Source: Bacteroidota bacterium (GTDB lineage Bacteria > Bacteroidota > Bacteroidia > Flavobacteriales_C > GCA-002722245). From it: 64,000 nucleotides of DNA. The notes below the pieces were generated by a model. The model did no database searches and was not told the DNA's origin. It saw nothing but the letters and a program-made list of their open reading frames with translations. How positions within the stretch are numbered: position 1 is the stretch's first letter; the number at the start of each line of letters is the position of its first letter. The stretch is taken from the NCBI GenBank assembly GCA_026390935.1, contig JAPLEZ010000142.1:35196-99195 (forward strand), given 5' to 3'. Position numbers and translations under genes: made by a program. Of this stretch, positions 14,001 through 22,100 are shown in pieces.

Positions 14001-14458
14001 TTCACATCAATACAGTCGATTATTTTTACTCTTCTGGTAAAAATCAAGCCTTTGTTTGCACCTATGCTGGCAGGAAGATTGGTTACAATGAGTTCGTAAG
14101 AAGTCCCTGAGTTGATGCTTCCGTTCAAGGTTGCTGTACCAGTGCTTTTCCATGCAAAGGTAGTTCCGGCAGGGATAGCGCCTCCTTCGTAAGTCACCAC
14201 AATATCTTGCACGCTTAGCGCTCCTCCGTAATTATCTTTATAAGAAATAACTCCGGTAAATGGGTTGTCCGCATTACTGGTGTTTCTTACAGTAAAACTT
14301 TTGACGAGATCGGAGCCTTTGAATGCTGTTAAATTCCCTGAAGTAAAATCCTGAAAATTAGGAGCTGTAACAATAAGTTTCAGCTCTGCTTGGGCGTTGG
14401 CGTAAAGCGATGCCAACCACACCATCATGAAGGTGAAGAAGATTTTTTTTGCTTTCAT
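8039..14458 (-). CDS. Giant (2139 aa) T9SS-secreted surface protein, paralog A, with type-A (Por_Secre_tail) C-terminal sorting domain
   Basis: N-terminal signal peptide MKAKKIFFTFMMVWLASLYANAQA. C-terminal ...GVYFCTIHDAQSKQNKTIKFIVE typical of a T9SS type-A CTD. Contains Ig-like segments, Cys-rich motifs (ICGGCY, MCPGCQFPGGAGR) and a dockerin-like motif (AADVNMSDSVRANDITQLQRRLVGE). Confidence 0.85.
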   Translation of the reverse strand: MKAKKIFFTFMMVWLASLYANAQAELKLIVTAPNFQDFTSGNLTAFKGSDLVKSFTVRNTSNADNPFTGVISYKDNYGGALSVQDIVVTYEGGAIPAGTTFAWKSTGTATLNGSINSGTSYELIVTNLPASIGANKGLIFTRRVKIIDCIDVNSKGQSSIELNVCDINGANCIQMADAWSTGTRLVQYISKAKNEFIDVFDIDVEAHDFCAYNPISPTANSGVRKVSYFTKMHNPTLGETVKDFGIKISSAGEEEIPINDVRIYKAVLNTSTGKYQASGSPLTITPVADPTKPWLAIIKSNPKCFTNVVSDAFFPIGNISGTDAYYVEFNVYNCAPKIDLVNFTVNYYDQWTNRWIGKDDCNGFMQEPASYAAKNKTTTNTLGNPDISNTTYFGPANDMICGGCYEEHVDNNALYIERVSTLKENETGNCRLNNLFVSNEGAFLGAGPGDGVNFQADKARLVIVLKLEGGLDYYTGSDAKYYTTMQFRNPDGNNWLPTNTNGTAVGYNIPTNELPAYDYQKIKMFEFDLTTLYKLYPTLPQSNFDQKSTILYNYLNAADIAYSLTGNCADPKKKEKPNYSVEMYLIADATCGNPLVMPSLKITRNTNIMCPGCQFPGGAGRSVTMKRLNYGKVDNNNNGIPDNGNLLTNADVNTINNDANPDNNIRTNFGIVGDRLQMNTKYYLTGYEDCKGHHFDDLMIGELKYSYLEMTFPYSTFKVDKVNPIKVIITSNSINYTFNVPASVLLTQSASTSNTFEININTINAYKNSSSPDLPADFRFKSYDEIEIEFFMDITENSKTTGAYEEVSFQNMPYFSSTPKSAYVRDFPQFQCDPVLGPVVKDPAGNVIETIPTPPYTNPYYKNTWLNCEGYEAIFNLVRVQQEYWYPDGYNTPQSDLSCNKYRRLSFFSSIGNHNFPKLFNYEFRPAPMIEAVDALIPEGYQFTNIQRWGVDDGKTVPIGYAMSYYQGSGIQSLPASKATIGGINYTLLHLDIPGIYTNVTDVEVSSGTQSSAMRQVDEHIRDDVYINYEAVCSKIPAGRTRTPDQPKDTSALGLQYRFKTFFDLDPITDSDVIVSRSSGNDLATPVNQLSSTLTSTGIVAVTTRSFNFDFSLNNGSNGSPAKFPFVTITYDQTKFNPITLSSSLINQVTELKKTVSGDIVSILYGVNPLDSRTYMANTLDINKSIALKITGGLAQCINDAKKPATFIIGYGWDCNAFPNDFSNLTNLCYYDTLNIKAYSIASGILGNVSSTDMSGDCSNPKIHFTHNLTSTGSEVNNVKYNIDFPDGLTLDTNSIVIKYGSAALSRPVFYGVKDNSTTSNKGIYNINLKDTAFSTVPFAGAVVQGARNETITLEFDAKVASGCNTYVPTSKTSILTTGSAFCGTTLSELDTIVPTYKACPDSFSVNIIGGTVICGNEASSAPIVLKAVVPNTPGNCVTYPLTYEWTKVGSSTILGTADSLIVKPTMNSTYQVVVHDAAGRSAIDQHTISVGFEYDIADVKWVCGSKDKNICVPINALVPVRKGIIGMDFTLRYDKRYVSPVITISSSNLGKVVLNGGYPGTYAISVNTTPSVETDKNIGHANISIYYNSHSGPGSPQFVDSGLVICVPFTVEKTPAAGTTFDFTMREMYESYTYFERPVCWDKGTFKITGTGTFAGTLEYYQPYKKTGGISLYQGLTHTIGTTNGALNTITVLDSCGGKVLGTYKGTNSSNNFIVPVSSSKNVIQIKRDINNNTKLNFLDHVNARDTRAMEYITTLNNYSCVDQMVLTSCPGIFIPTAGQMVAADVNMSDSVRANDITQLQRRLVGEITEFKQVQNQKGKPSLDWRFIDPDILTTNPDFTISTKYPFNDGKVRYWRDNVPNVPECITIQEQCADSPNEIFRGILLGDVVNYTSKYYTSNLHLKTEDADKVLSPFTFNINLQKAEKLNSTDYRIAVNYFAPDTAAAYGFDLGLEYNPQTLKIVDMTEDISISGNESHFMWNNDASSNYLRSTNYTPVTWDTKGTCYYITVRKLDGQALTINDLKTGYGMINGDWANVEIVGKGSTNVNSPLGEGVMFELKIFPSPVVNESKITYHFTSADEHNYIEISNVLGQSIYKTFISEKVGTQTVLAQELSKGVYFCTIHDAQSKQNKTIKFIVE

Positions 14459-14556
14459 TTGTTTGCGATTTAATAGAGGTTATGTTATTAAGTGCGCAAA
14501 ACTATCTAGCGAATTGGGAATCGCAAATACCCATTTTTACCTGATTTCGGTTTTGG

Positions 14557-14598
14557 GTGCAATAAAAAAGCCTTGTCGTTTTTGCGACAAGGCTTTTT
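14557..14598 (-). terminator. Rho-independent terminator (bidirectional hairpin) downstream of 14620..14841
   Basis: Perfect inverted repeat AAAAAGCCTTGTCG (loop TTTTTG) CGACAAGGCTTTTT, flanked by A/T runs. Confidence 0.7.
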
Positions 14599-14619
14599 AA
14601 AATTCTTGAATTTTATTTT

Positions 14620-14841
14620 TTAATATTCGTCCTCATTAAAGAGGAAATCATCTTTAGTTGGATAATCCGGCCAAATTTCTTCGATGGATTCGTAAGGCTC
14701 ACCTTCGTCTTCAATCTCCTGTAAGTTTTCAATTACTTCCATTGGCGCTCCAGAACGTTGAGCGTAATCAATCAATTCATCTTTGGAAGCTGGCCAAGGC
14801 GCGTCCGTTAAATACGATGCTAATTCTAATGTCCAGTACAT
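14620..14841 (-). CDS. Small acidic conserved hypothetical protein (DUF2795-like)
   Basis: 73 aa. MYWTLELASYLTDAPWPASKDELIDYAQRSGAP...WPDYPTKDDF pattern recalled for DUF2795. Followed by a strong terminator. Confidence 0.55.
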   Translation of the reverse strand: MYWTLELASYLTDAPWPASKDELIDYAQRSGAPMEVIENLQEIEDEGEPYESIEEIWPDYPTKDDFLFNEDEY

Positions 14842-14957
14842 ATATTATGTGTTTTTAAGTCCTAGTGTTTGAAACGCAAAAATAGATTTTTTGTTTACAC
14901 TACAAAGAAAAAAAGAAAATAATTCAGTGAATGCCTTGATAGAGGCTAGTTTCCCGT

Positions 14958-15509
14958 TTATTTTTTAACGGGGATCCAAGGTGATTCCGCCACTTTTGAA
15001 TCAAAGCCGGTTTTTCTGGCCAAAATAAAAAGGTAATCGGAAAGGCGGTTGAGGAGTTTTAATATGTGTGGATGAAGATGACCTTGCATGTTCAATTGCA
15101 CAATTCTTCGTTCTGTTCTTCGACATACCGCTCTGCAAACATGAATGTGCGAAATGATAAGGTTTCCGCCTGGAAGCACAAAGTGCTTCATTTCTGGTAA
15201 TGGATTGTTCATTTCATCAATGGCTTTTTCCAGCTCAGTGACCAAAGCCTCGTTGAATTCAGGCAAAGGCAGTGAATTTTTATCGGGAACAGCAGCGAGA
15301 TGTGCACCAATGGTGAACAATTCGGTTTGAATGTCAATGATGAGGTGTTGTTGTTTGGATGCAATTTGCAGAGAGCGAATCAATCCTAAATATGAATTCA
15401 ATTCATCTAAAGTCCCATACGCTTCTAAACGCAAATCGCTTTTTGATAAGCGCGTTCCGCCATACAAACCTGTTTCTCCTGAGTCTCCTGTCTTCGTGTA
15501 TATTTTCAT
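14958..15509 (-). CDS. ATP:cob(I)alamin adenosyltransferase, PduO type
   Basis: MKIYTKTGDSGETGLYGGTRLSKSDLRLEAYGTLDELNS matches the PduO/MMAB N-terminal signature. Confidence 0.85.
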   Translation of the reverse strand: MKIYTKTGDSGETGLYGGTRLSKSDLRLEAYGTLDELNSYLGLIRSLQIASKQQHLIIDIQTELFTIGAHLAAVPDKNSLPLPEFNEALVTELEKAIDEMNNPLPEMKHFVLPGGNLIISHIHVCRAVCRRTERRIVQLNMQGHLHPHILKLLNRLSDYLFILARKTGFDSKVAESPWIPVKK

Positions 15510-15652
15510 GGTAGATTGCCCCTCTCGACTAAAAATAGAAAAATAGAATTAAAAAAAAGAATGTTTTCTTGTAGAGACGCAAAATTTTGCGTCTCAATGG
15601 ATGAATTTGATGGGAGACGGAAAATCTTCCGTCTCTACAAAACCATCTGTGT

Positions 15653-16438
15653 TTAAAACTGCAAAATGAAATGTTCTTTTTCGCGACCTTTTTTAAAAAA
15701 AACGAGTCCGATAAAAAATAAATCGACAGTTGCTGTCACCTCTGGATGTTGTTGAATTTCCTTCCAGGCCTTCTCCATTTCGTCGCTCCAATGTATGTCG
15801 TCGAAAATCAATAATGTTTCTTCATGCACCAATGGCAAACATTGTTTGAAATAACGCACTGTTGGTTCGTATTGATGATTGCCGTCGATAAATACAAAGT
15901 CGAGGGAAGTTGTTTTACTTAGCACGTTTTGAAATGTCTCGTCGAAATTCCCAACTGTAATATTGATGTTATTTAATTTCAACGAATCAAAAACTTTTCG
16001 GGCCACTTTCGCGGTTTCCGGACAGCCTTCCAGTGTTTCAACAACAGCATTTTTATTGGCTGCTGCGAGGTAGGAAGTGGACATGCCAAGAGAAGTTCCA
16101 AGCTCCACTATATTTTTTGGTTGAAGATGATCAACCAATCGAAAAAACAATTTTCCGAATTTTTCGGGCTTGGCTGCGCGTTGAGCAATGTCCTTGATTT
16201 TTCTTTTTCTGCCGTTGCCAAACTGTGATCCAGCACCGAAATCGGTGATGGTGATTTCGTTTTCATTAGCGAGCAAAGCCTTGCGAGCACCTTCTATTTC
16301 ATCGAAAGGATAGTAGTGCTTTTTGGATAAAATCACTTCCGAGTACAATTTGAAAACAAAGGGAGAATGAATGCTGTAGCGGGTTTTTGCCCTAAGCAGG
16401 TACACAATATATTTTATGGCGGTCTTTAGTAAATGCAC
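15653..16438 (-). CDS. Class I SAM-dependent methyltransferase (O-methyltransferase-like)
   Basis: Rossmann-fold region VELGTSLGMSTSYLAAA...DFVFIDGNH typical of family-3 O-methyltransferases. Confidence 0.7.
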   Translation of the reverse strand: MHLLKTAIKYIVYLLRAKTRYSIHSPFVFKLYSEVILSKKHYYPFDEIEGARKALLANENEITITDFGAGSQFGNGRKRKIKDIAQRAAKPEKFGKLFFRLVDHLQPKNIVELGTSLGMSTSYLAAANKNAVVETLEGCPETAKVARKVFDSLKLNNINITVGNFDETFQNVLSKTTSLDFVFIDGNHQYEPTVRYFKQCLPLVHEETLLIFDDIHWSDEMEKAWKEIQQHPEVTATVDLFFIGLVFFKKGREKEHFILQF

Positions 16439-16538
16439 TTTTCAAACCTACATGATTCTTTATGATTCTCAAAAAATACAGTGATTAAAGTTGAGTGGCA
16501 GGATAATTGCATCAAAAAACGCACAAAACTTTTTTCTG

Positions 16539-17321
16539 ATGAAATCACTAGTCCTTTTTCTCGCTTTATCCACTTTTACAATTGCGCAAGCACAATCAAG
16601 ACTGACTTTGTTTGCCGTACAATCCAATCCAATTCTAGGTTTTAAACAACAAGGCTACTTGTCGGGTGGAGGCGTAGGAATGGGTTTGTATTATGTTATT
16701 GGTAACGACAATCTGTTTTCGTTGGACTTGGGCGGATCGGGTTTTGTTTCATACAATGGTGATCGTTCAGGATCTTCACCCATTGGAACCTATACCGTGG
16801 ATAACAGCTTTGGGGGTGGCTTTTTAGAAGGAAGAGTTTTGTTAAACCTTAAGCAGTGGAAACCATACATGCAGATGCATTACGGCGTTATTAATTGCAA
16901 AACAGAAGAATCAGTGCAGGATGTGAGCAGTAAATTATTTAGCGAAAGTTCAATCAACCATGGCGTTGGATTGGGAATTTTGTACGAAGCATCTGATGAT
17001 TTTTATATTGATTTTGGAGTAATGTATAACAGAGGAGGTAGTGTGAATTTTTTGGATCTGAATTCGTTCAGCTCAAAGGGAAATGTGATAGATTATAATG
17101 TTAACAGTGCTTCCAGCGACATGTTGATTTTCAAACTTGGCATTGCTTTTTACATTGATCAATTTGCTGGTAGCAGCAGCACTAGTTCGTACTCTTCTAA
17201 TTCAACTCCCTATTATGATAATGGCAATAGGAACAATTGCAATACATCATCGCCTCCCTCTTACGATAGAACGCCTACTATTATTCATCATGGAAAAACA
17301 CCTGTTGGAATTTCAAGATAA
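16539..17321 (+). CDS. Outer-membrane beta-barrel protein (OmpA-like barrel / porin family) with S/N-rich C-terminal tail
   Basis: Signal peptide MKSLVLFLALSTFTIAQAQS. Alternating hydrophobic, Gly and aromatic beta-strand pattern. The ORF track starts at an upstream TTG (16491), and the ATG at 16539 gives a canonical signal peptide. Confidence 0.65.
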   Translation: MKSLVLFLALSTFTIAQAQSRLTLFAVQSNPILGFKQQGYLSGGGVGMGLYYVIGNDNLFSLDLGGSGFVSYNGDRSGSSPIGTYTVDNSFGGGFLEGRVLLNLKQWKPYMQMHYGVINCKTEESVQDVSSKLFSESSINHGVGLGILYEASDDFYIDFGVMYNRGGSVNFLDLNSFSSKGNVIDYNVNSASSDMLIFKLGIAFYIDQFAGSSSTSSYSSNSTPYYDNGNRNNCNTSSPPSYDRTPTIIHHGKTPVGISR

Positions 17322-17322
17322 A

Positions 17323-17358
17323 AGCTGCCTTGCCGGAAGTAGGGGATGGCAAGGCAGC
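17323..17358. terminator. Bidirectional hairpin between convergent genes
   Basis: AGCTGCCTTGCC (loop of 12 nt) GGCAAGGCAGCT perfect 12-bp stem. Confidence 0.55.
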
Positions 17359-17376
17359 TGGAAGGGAAGGTTAGTT

Positions 17377-18974
17377 TTAAAGTATGGTCATGGTGCGGTT
17401 TATGGTGTATGTAATACCGTCGGCACCTCGCACAACAATTTCTAACGACACGCTTTCATTTTTTCGTAAGGCTCTTATAGAATTGATTTGAGTAGGATTG
17501 AAAACGCCACCGGGAGCATCTGTTTGAGGTCCCAGATCACTTCCCCTCACAAACTGTACTTTACAACTTTGTATGCTAGGAGTTGCGCTTAAAGGAAAAT
17601 CGTCGGAATATTTCGCTTTTATTTTCCCGATAGCCAATATTTCCGACTTATTGATTTTACCGCCAACTTCTTTATTTCCTAATATTATCTCCGGTTTTGG
17701 AAGTTTTTTGATCATCCATTGGTAAGTTCCCATGGTTTCCCATTTTCCTGGACTAATTTCTGCCTGAACCACGATATCCGTTTTTCCAATCGCGTTAGGT
17801 GTAAAGACAAATTGGCCATTGCCTTTTTTTGAGATGCTACATTTGCTATTAGACACACGAATTTTATCGCTTGAAATCCCTGGAACGGAAATAGTCATTT
17901 CGTTGGCCAATTTCATGTACATGATATTCAGTTTATCCGATGAAACTACTGCTGACGGCTGAGCTACCAAATATTTATTTTCAAAAGGATAAGTTAAAAA
18001 CTCTCCCTTGCGTTTCGGATTGGGATGCGGAATTCTCACTACTCCTTTCCATGTATGCTCGCCAACAGAGTTCCCCATACTTGCATAGTTTCCAAACCCG
18101 TCTGTGATATTCAATGTATCAGCTTTAGATCGAAATTTCAACTCTCCTGATGTGGTGAATAAATCGCTATCGTAATCTCCTATTAAAATGATGGCTTTTG
18201 CGTGGTATCCGACGCGGCTAAAAATATTTGCGCCTTGTATTGCTCGCCTTTCATCACATAACTGCTTTGCGCAATGGTAGCGGCCTGTATTTTATTCACC
18301 TTGTAAGTGTCTATCCCCAATTCTTCAAAAAGATAGTTGATGGTAATAGACTCGGTATTTCGTAAATAAGATTGAATATTGCTGAGGTTGGCGGTTACTG
18401 CAGCCAGCGGAAGATGCTCAGAAATTCCTGCTTCCCAAGTGGTTTTGCTTCCTTCGTAATCTTTGTATTCATCAGTCGCTAAAAGTGTGGAAATACTTTG
18501 GCGGATGGAAGTGTCTTTTTTATCAATCAAATTGACAACATATTCCTTCAAAGCAGTAATTTTTTTTCTTAAATCTTCGCCATGGCCCTTGGTCATCAGG
18601 TATTCAGCGCCGATGTCCTGATTGTCTTTCGCCAGCGGAATATTGTGCTCATCCACGCCGCCGGTATTTTCGATGAGCCACGTTTTGTGGGTTTCAATCA
18701 AAGCCGACAATTCCTGAATTTTAGCCTTCACCGTTTTGGCTTTTAGTAAGCTTTCTTTTGCCGCTTTGGAATTGGTGGCTGCTGCTGCTTCAATTTTGTT
18801 GTAGACGGGCTGAATATTTTCCACAAAATTATTGGCGGTGAGGTCGATTCCGCTTTCTAATTTTAAAAAAGCATCCAGTAAATCTTTGGATGCATTCATC
18901 GCCAACATGGCGAGTAATACGAGATACATCATGCCTATCATTTGCTGGCGGGGACTGAGTTTTTCTGCTGACAT
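17377..18974 (-). pseudogene. gldM: gldM/porM (gliding motility / T9SS motor component) disrupted by a frameshift. The N-terminal fragment is 18183..18974 and the C-terminal fragment 17377..18141, whose frame is open up to 18291
   Basis: N-terminus MSAEKLSPRQQMIGMMYLVLLAMLAMNASKD matches the GldM N-terminal TM region. The C-terminal fragment carries the GldM Ig-like domain motif SSDKLNIMYMKLANEMTISVPGISSDKI. The two fragments are in different frames with a 108-nt overlap. Adding one A to the A4 run at 18185..18188 yields a continuous protein of about 517 aa (...SDTTQKPSFLIGDYDSDLFTTSGELKFRSK...). Confidence 0.75.
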
Positions 18975-19183
18975 AGGGTTAAATTTTTTAAGGGTTTCTT
19001 CTCCATCAATGCAGGAAATTTGGATTGGTTACAAATGGATGTGCTTCTGGTTTTTTAGATGCCCCTAAACTTTTTTAACAGCGTCCCCTAAACATTTCTG
19101 TTTTTTCCTTGTGTTTATTCTTTGATAATGCGTATATTCGCGATCCTTTTTCTGTTTTATTTTTATTAAAGAATCGATTGAGT

Positions 19184-22100
19184 ATGATTGAGAATCAAGG
19201 ATTATATCACCCGTCATTTGAGCATGACTCTTGCGGGATCGGGTTTGTAGCGAATCTTAAGAACAAAAAATCCAATAAAATTATTCAGGATGCTATTGCC
19301 ATGTTGGAGAACATGGAGCATCGTGGTGGTTGTGGTTGCGAACCTGAAACTGGTGACGGTGCAGGGGTACTCATCCAAATGCCTCACGATTTTTTGAAAA
19401 ATGAACTCGAAAAACAAAACATTGAATTGCCTGAGTCAGGACAATACGGTGTTTGTATGACCTTCTTTCCTAAGGATGCAGATGAGCAACAACGTTGTAA
19501 GGATTTGTTTGTGGAATATGCTGTTCGCCTTGGATTTGATGTAATTGGCTTCCGCGTGGTTCCTACTGATAATTCAATGTTGGGCGCTACTTCAAAAAGA
19601 GTAGAACCACATGTTGAGCAAATCTTTTTGACTTTTAAAGATAGCAAGGATCCTGAGGCTTTGGAAAGAAGATTGTGTGTGTTGAGAAAATACGCCAACC
19701 GAAATATCCACCGCGAATTACCAAACACATACGATAGCTTCCACATTACTTCAAGCTCTTACAAAGTAATCGTTTACAAAGGTCAGTTGCGTACCAACCA
19801 ATTGCGCCCTTACTACAAAGATTTACAAACGAAAGAGATTGCTTCTGCGATGGCAGTAGTTCACTCTCGTTTCTCTACCAATACTACAGCGAAATGGAGA
19901 TTGGCTCAGCCTTTCCGTTTCATCGCCCACAACGGTGAAATCAACACAATCAAAGGTAACGTAAACTGGATGCGTTCTAAACAAGTTTTGTTGGAAAGCA
20001 CTTTGTTTACTGTGGAAGAAATCGACTGGATGATGCCAATTTGCGACATCAACCGTTCGGATTCATCCAACTTGGACAACGTTGTTGAGATTTTGACCTT
20101 AGGTGGTCGCCCGATGGCGCAGGTGATGATGATGCTGGTGCCTGAGGCATGGCAACAAAATCCTGGTATGCGTGAAGAAAAAAGGGCGTTCTACGAATAC
20201 TATTCTTCTATCATGGAGCCTTGGGATGGTCCGGCTTCTATCTCTTTTACCGATGGTAAAGTGGTGGGTGCTACTTTGGATAGAAACGGTTTGCGTCCGT
20301 CAAGATATTGCGTGTTGGATGACGATACTTTGATCATGTCTTCTGAAGCTGGTTCATTGCCAGTGGACGAATCGAAAGTGATTGAAAAAGGTCGTTTGCA
20401 ACCAGGTAAAATATTTGTTGCCGACTTGGAAAAAGGTCGCATCATCTCTGATAAAGAGTTGAAAGACGAAATTTGTTCTGCTAAACCTTACGGTAGATGG
20501 TTGAAAGAGAACAAGCTGACTTTAAAAGATTTGGCTCGTCCGATGAAAAAAACCAACGCTCCAACCAAAGGAATGGAGTTGTTGCAAAAACAAATTGCTT
20601 ACGGATTTACACGTGAAGATTTGAATACGATTCTGGAGCCAATGGCGAAAGACGGTATGGAGCCACTGGGATCAATGGGGACCGATGTTCCACTAGCAGT
20701 GTTGTCTTCACAAAGTCAGCATTTGGCAAGTTATTTCAAGCAATTGTTTGCACAGGTTTCTAACCCGCCAATTGACCCGATCCGTGAAAAAGTGATCATG
20801 TCGCTTTACACCAACTTGGGTTCACAAAAAAATATTTTGGCTGAAACGCCAGAACACTGTCGTCAGATCCACTTGGATGACCCTCAATTGTCGAATGGAC
20901 AATTGGATAAACTCCGCAAGCTGAACGACGGTTCATTTAAATCATATACTATCAATGCTATTTTCAGCGCTTCGGACAGACCGGGAACTTTGGAAAATGC
21001 TATCGATGAAATTTGCGCCAATGCTGAACGTGCAACTTTAATGGGTTGCAACGTGCTGATCATTTCCGATAGAAATGTAGATGCCAACACAGCACCAATT
21101 CCTTCTTTATTAGCGGTAGGAGCAATTCATTCCGACTTAATTAAAAAAGGATTGAGAACCCGTACAAGTTTAGTAGTTGAAGCTGGTGATGTGATTGAAG
21201 TTCATCATTTTGCTACCTTGATTGGTTTTGGTGCCAACGCTGTAAACGCTTACTTGGCAGGTGATACCATCCGTTCCATGTTCGAAGAAGAGCTGGTAGC
21301 TGGAGAAACCAATATCAAAAAATTATTGGGCAACTACGCTAAAGCCATCAATTATGGTTTGTTGAAAGTGTTCTCAAAAATGGGAATCTCTACAGTACAA
21401 TCTTACCAGGGTGCTCAAATCTTTGAAGCTTTAGGTATCGGTCCGGCTGTGATTGAAAAATGTTTCAGTGGTACAGTTTCTCGTATCAAAGGGATGACTT
21501 TTGATGACTTGGCAAAGGAGGTTTTGATTCGTCACAAACGCGCTTATCAAAATACAAGTCTGGATAAACACTTGTTCATTGGTGGTTACTACCAGTGGAA
21601 AAGAAAAGGAGAGGCGCATTTGTTCAATCCTGAATCTATTTCTTTATTACAAAAAGCAACAAGAACAAACGACGTAAATGTTTACAAACAATTTGCGCAA
21701 AAAATAAACGACCAAAGTCAGCAAGCGCTCACTTTACGTAGCATGCTGCAACTGAAAAAAGGAAATCCTATTCCTTTGGATCAAGTGGAATCTAAAGAAA
21801 GTATCTTCAAGCGTTTCGCTACAGGTGCAATGTCTTTTGGATCTATTTCTTACGAAGCACACAGCACTTTGGCAATTGCGATGAACCGCATTGGTGGTAA
21901 ATCCAACTCGGGTGAAGGTGGTGAAGATGAAGCTCGCTATGCTAAAAAAGCAAATGGGGATTGGGAAAGAAGTGCAATCAAACAAGTGGCTTCTGGCCGT
22001 TTTGGGGTAACAGCACATTACTTAACCAATGCTGATGAATTACAAATTAAAATTGCTCAAGGTGCTAAACCGGGTGAAGGTGGACAATTACCGGGACATA

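Noticed and set aside
14941-14966. Short hairpin TCCCGTT-N8-AACGGGA downstream of the adenosyltransferase gene
   Set aside because: The stem is only 7 bp, and the T-run lies within the loop rather than after the stem. That is insufficient for a terminator call.
19109-19183. ORF-track start for gltB at 19109 and for gltD at 23721
   Set aside because: The upstream extensions (MCLFFDNAYIRDPF..., MLNCEYSAFKIQNS...) are not conserved-looking. The internal ATGs at 19184 and 23775 give canonical GltB and GltD N-termini.
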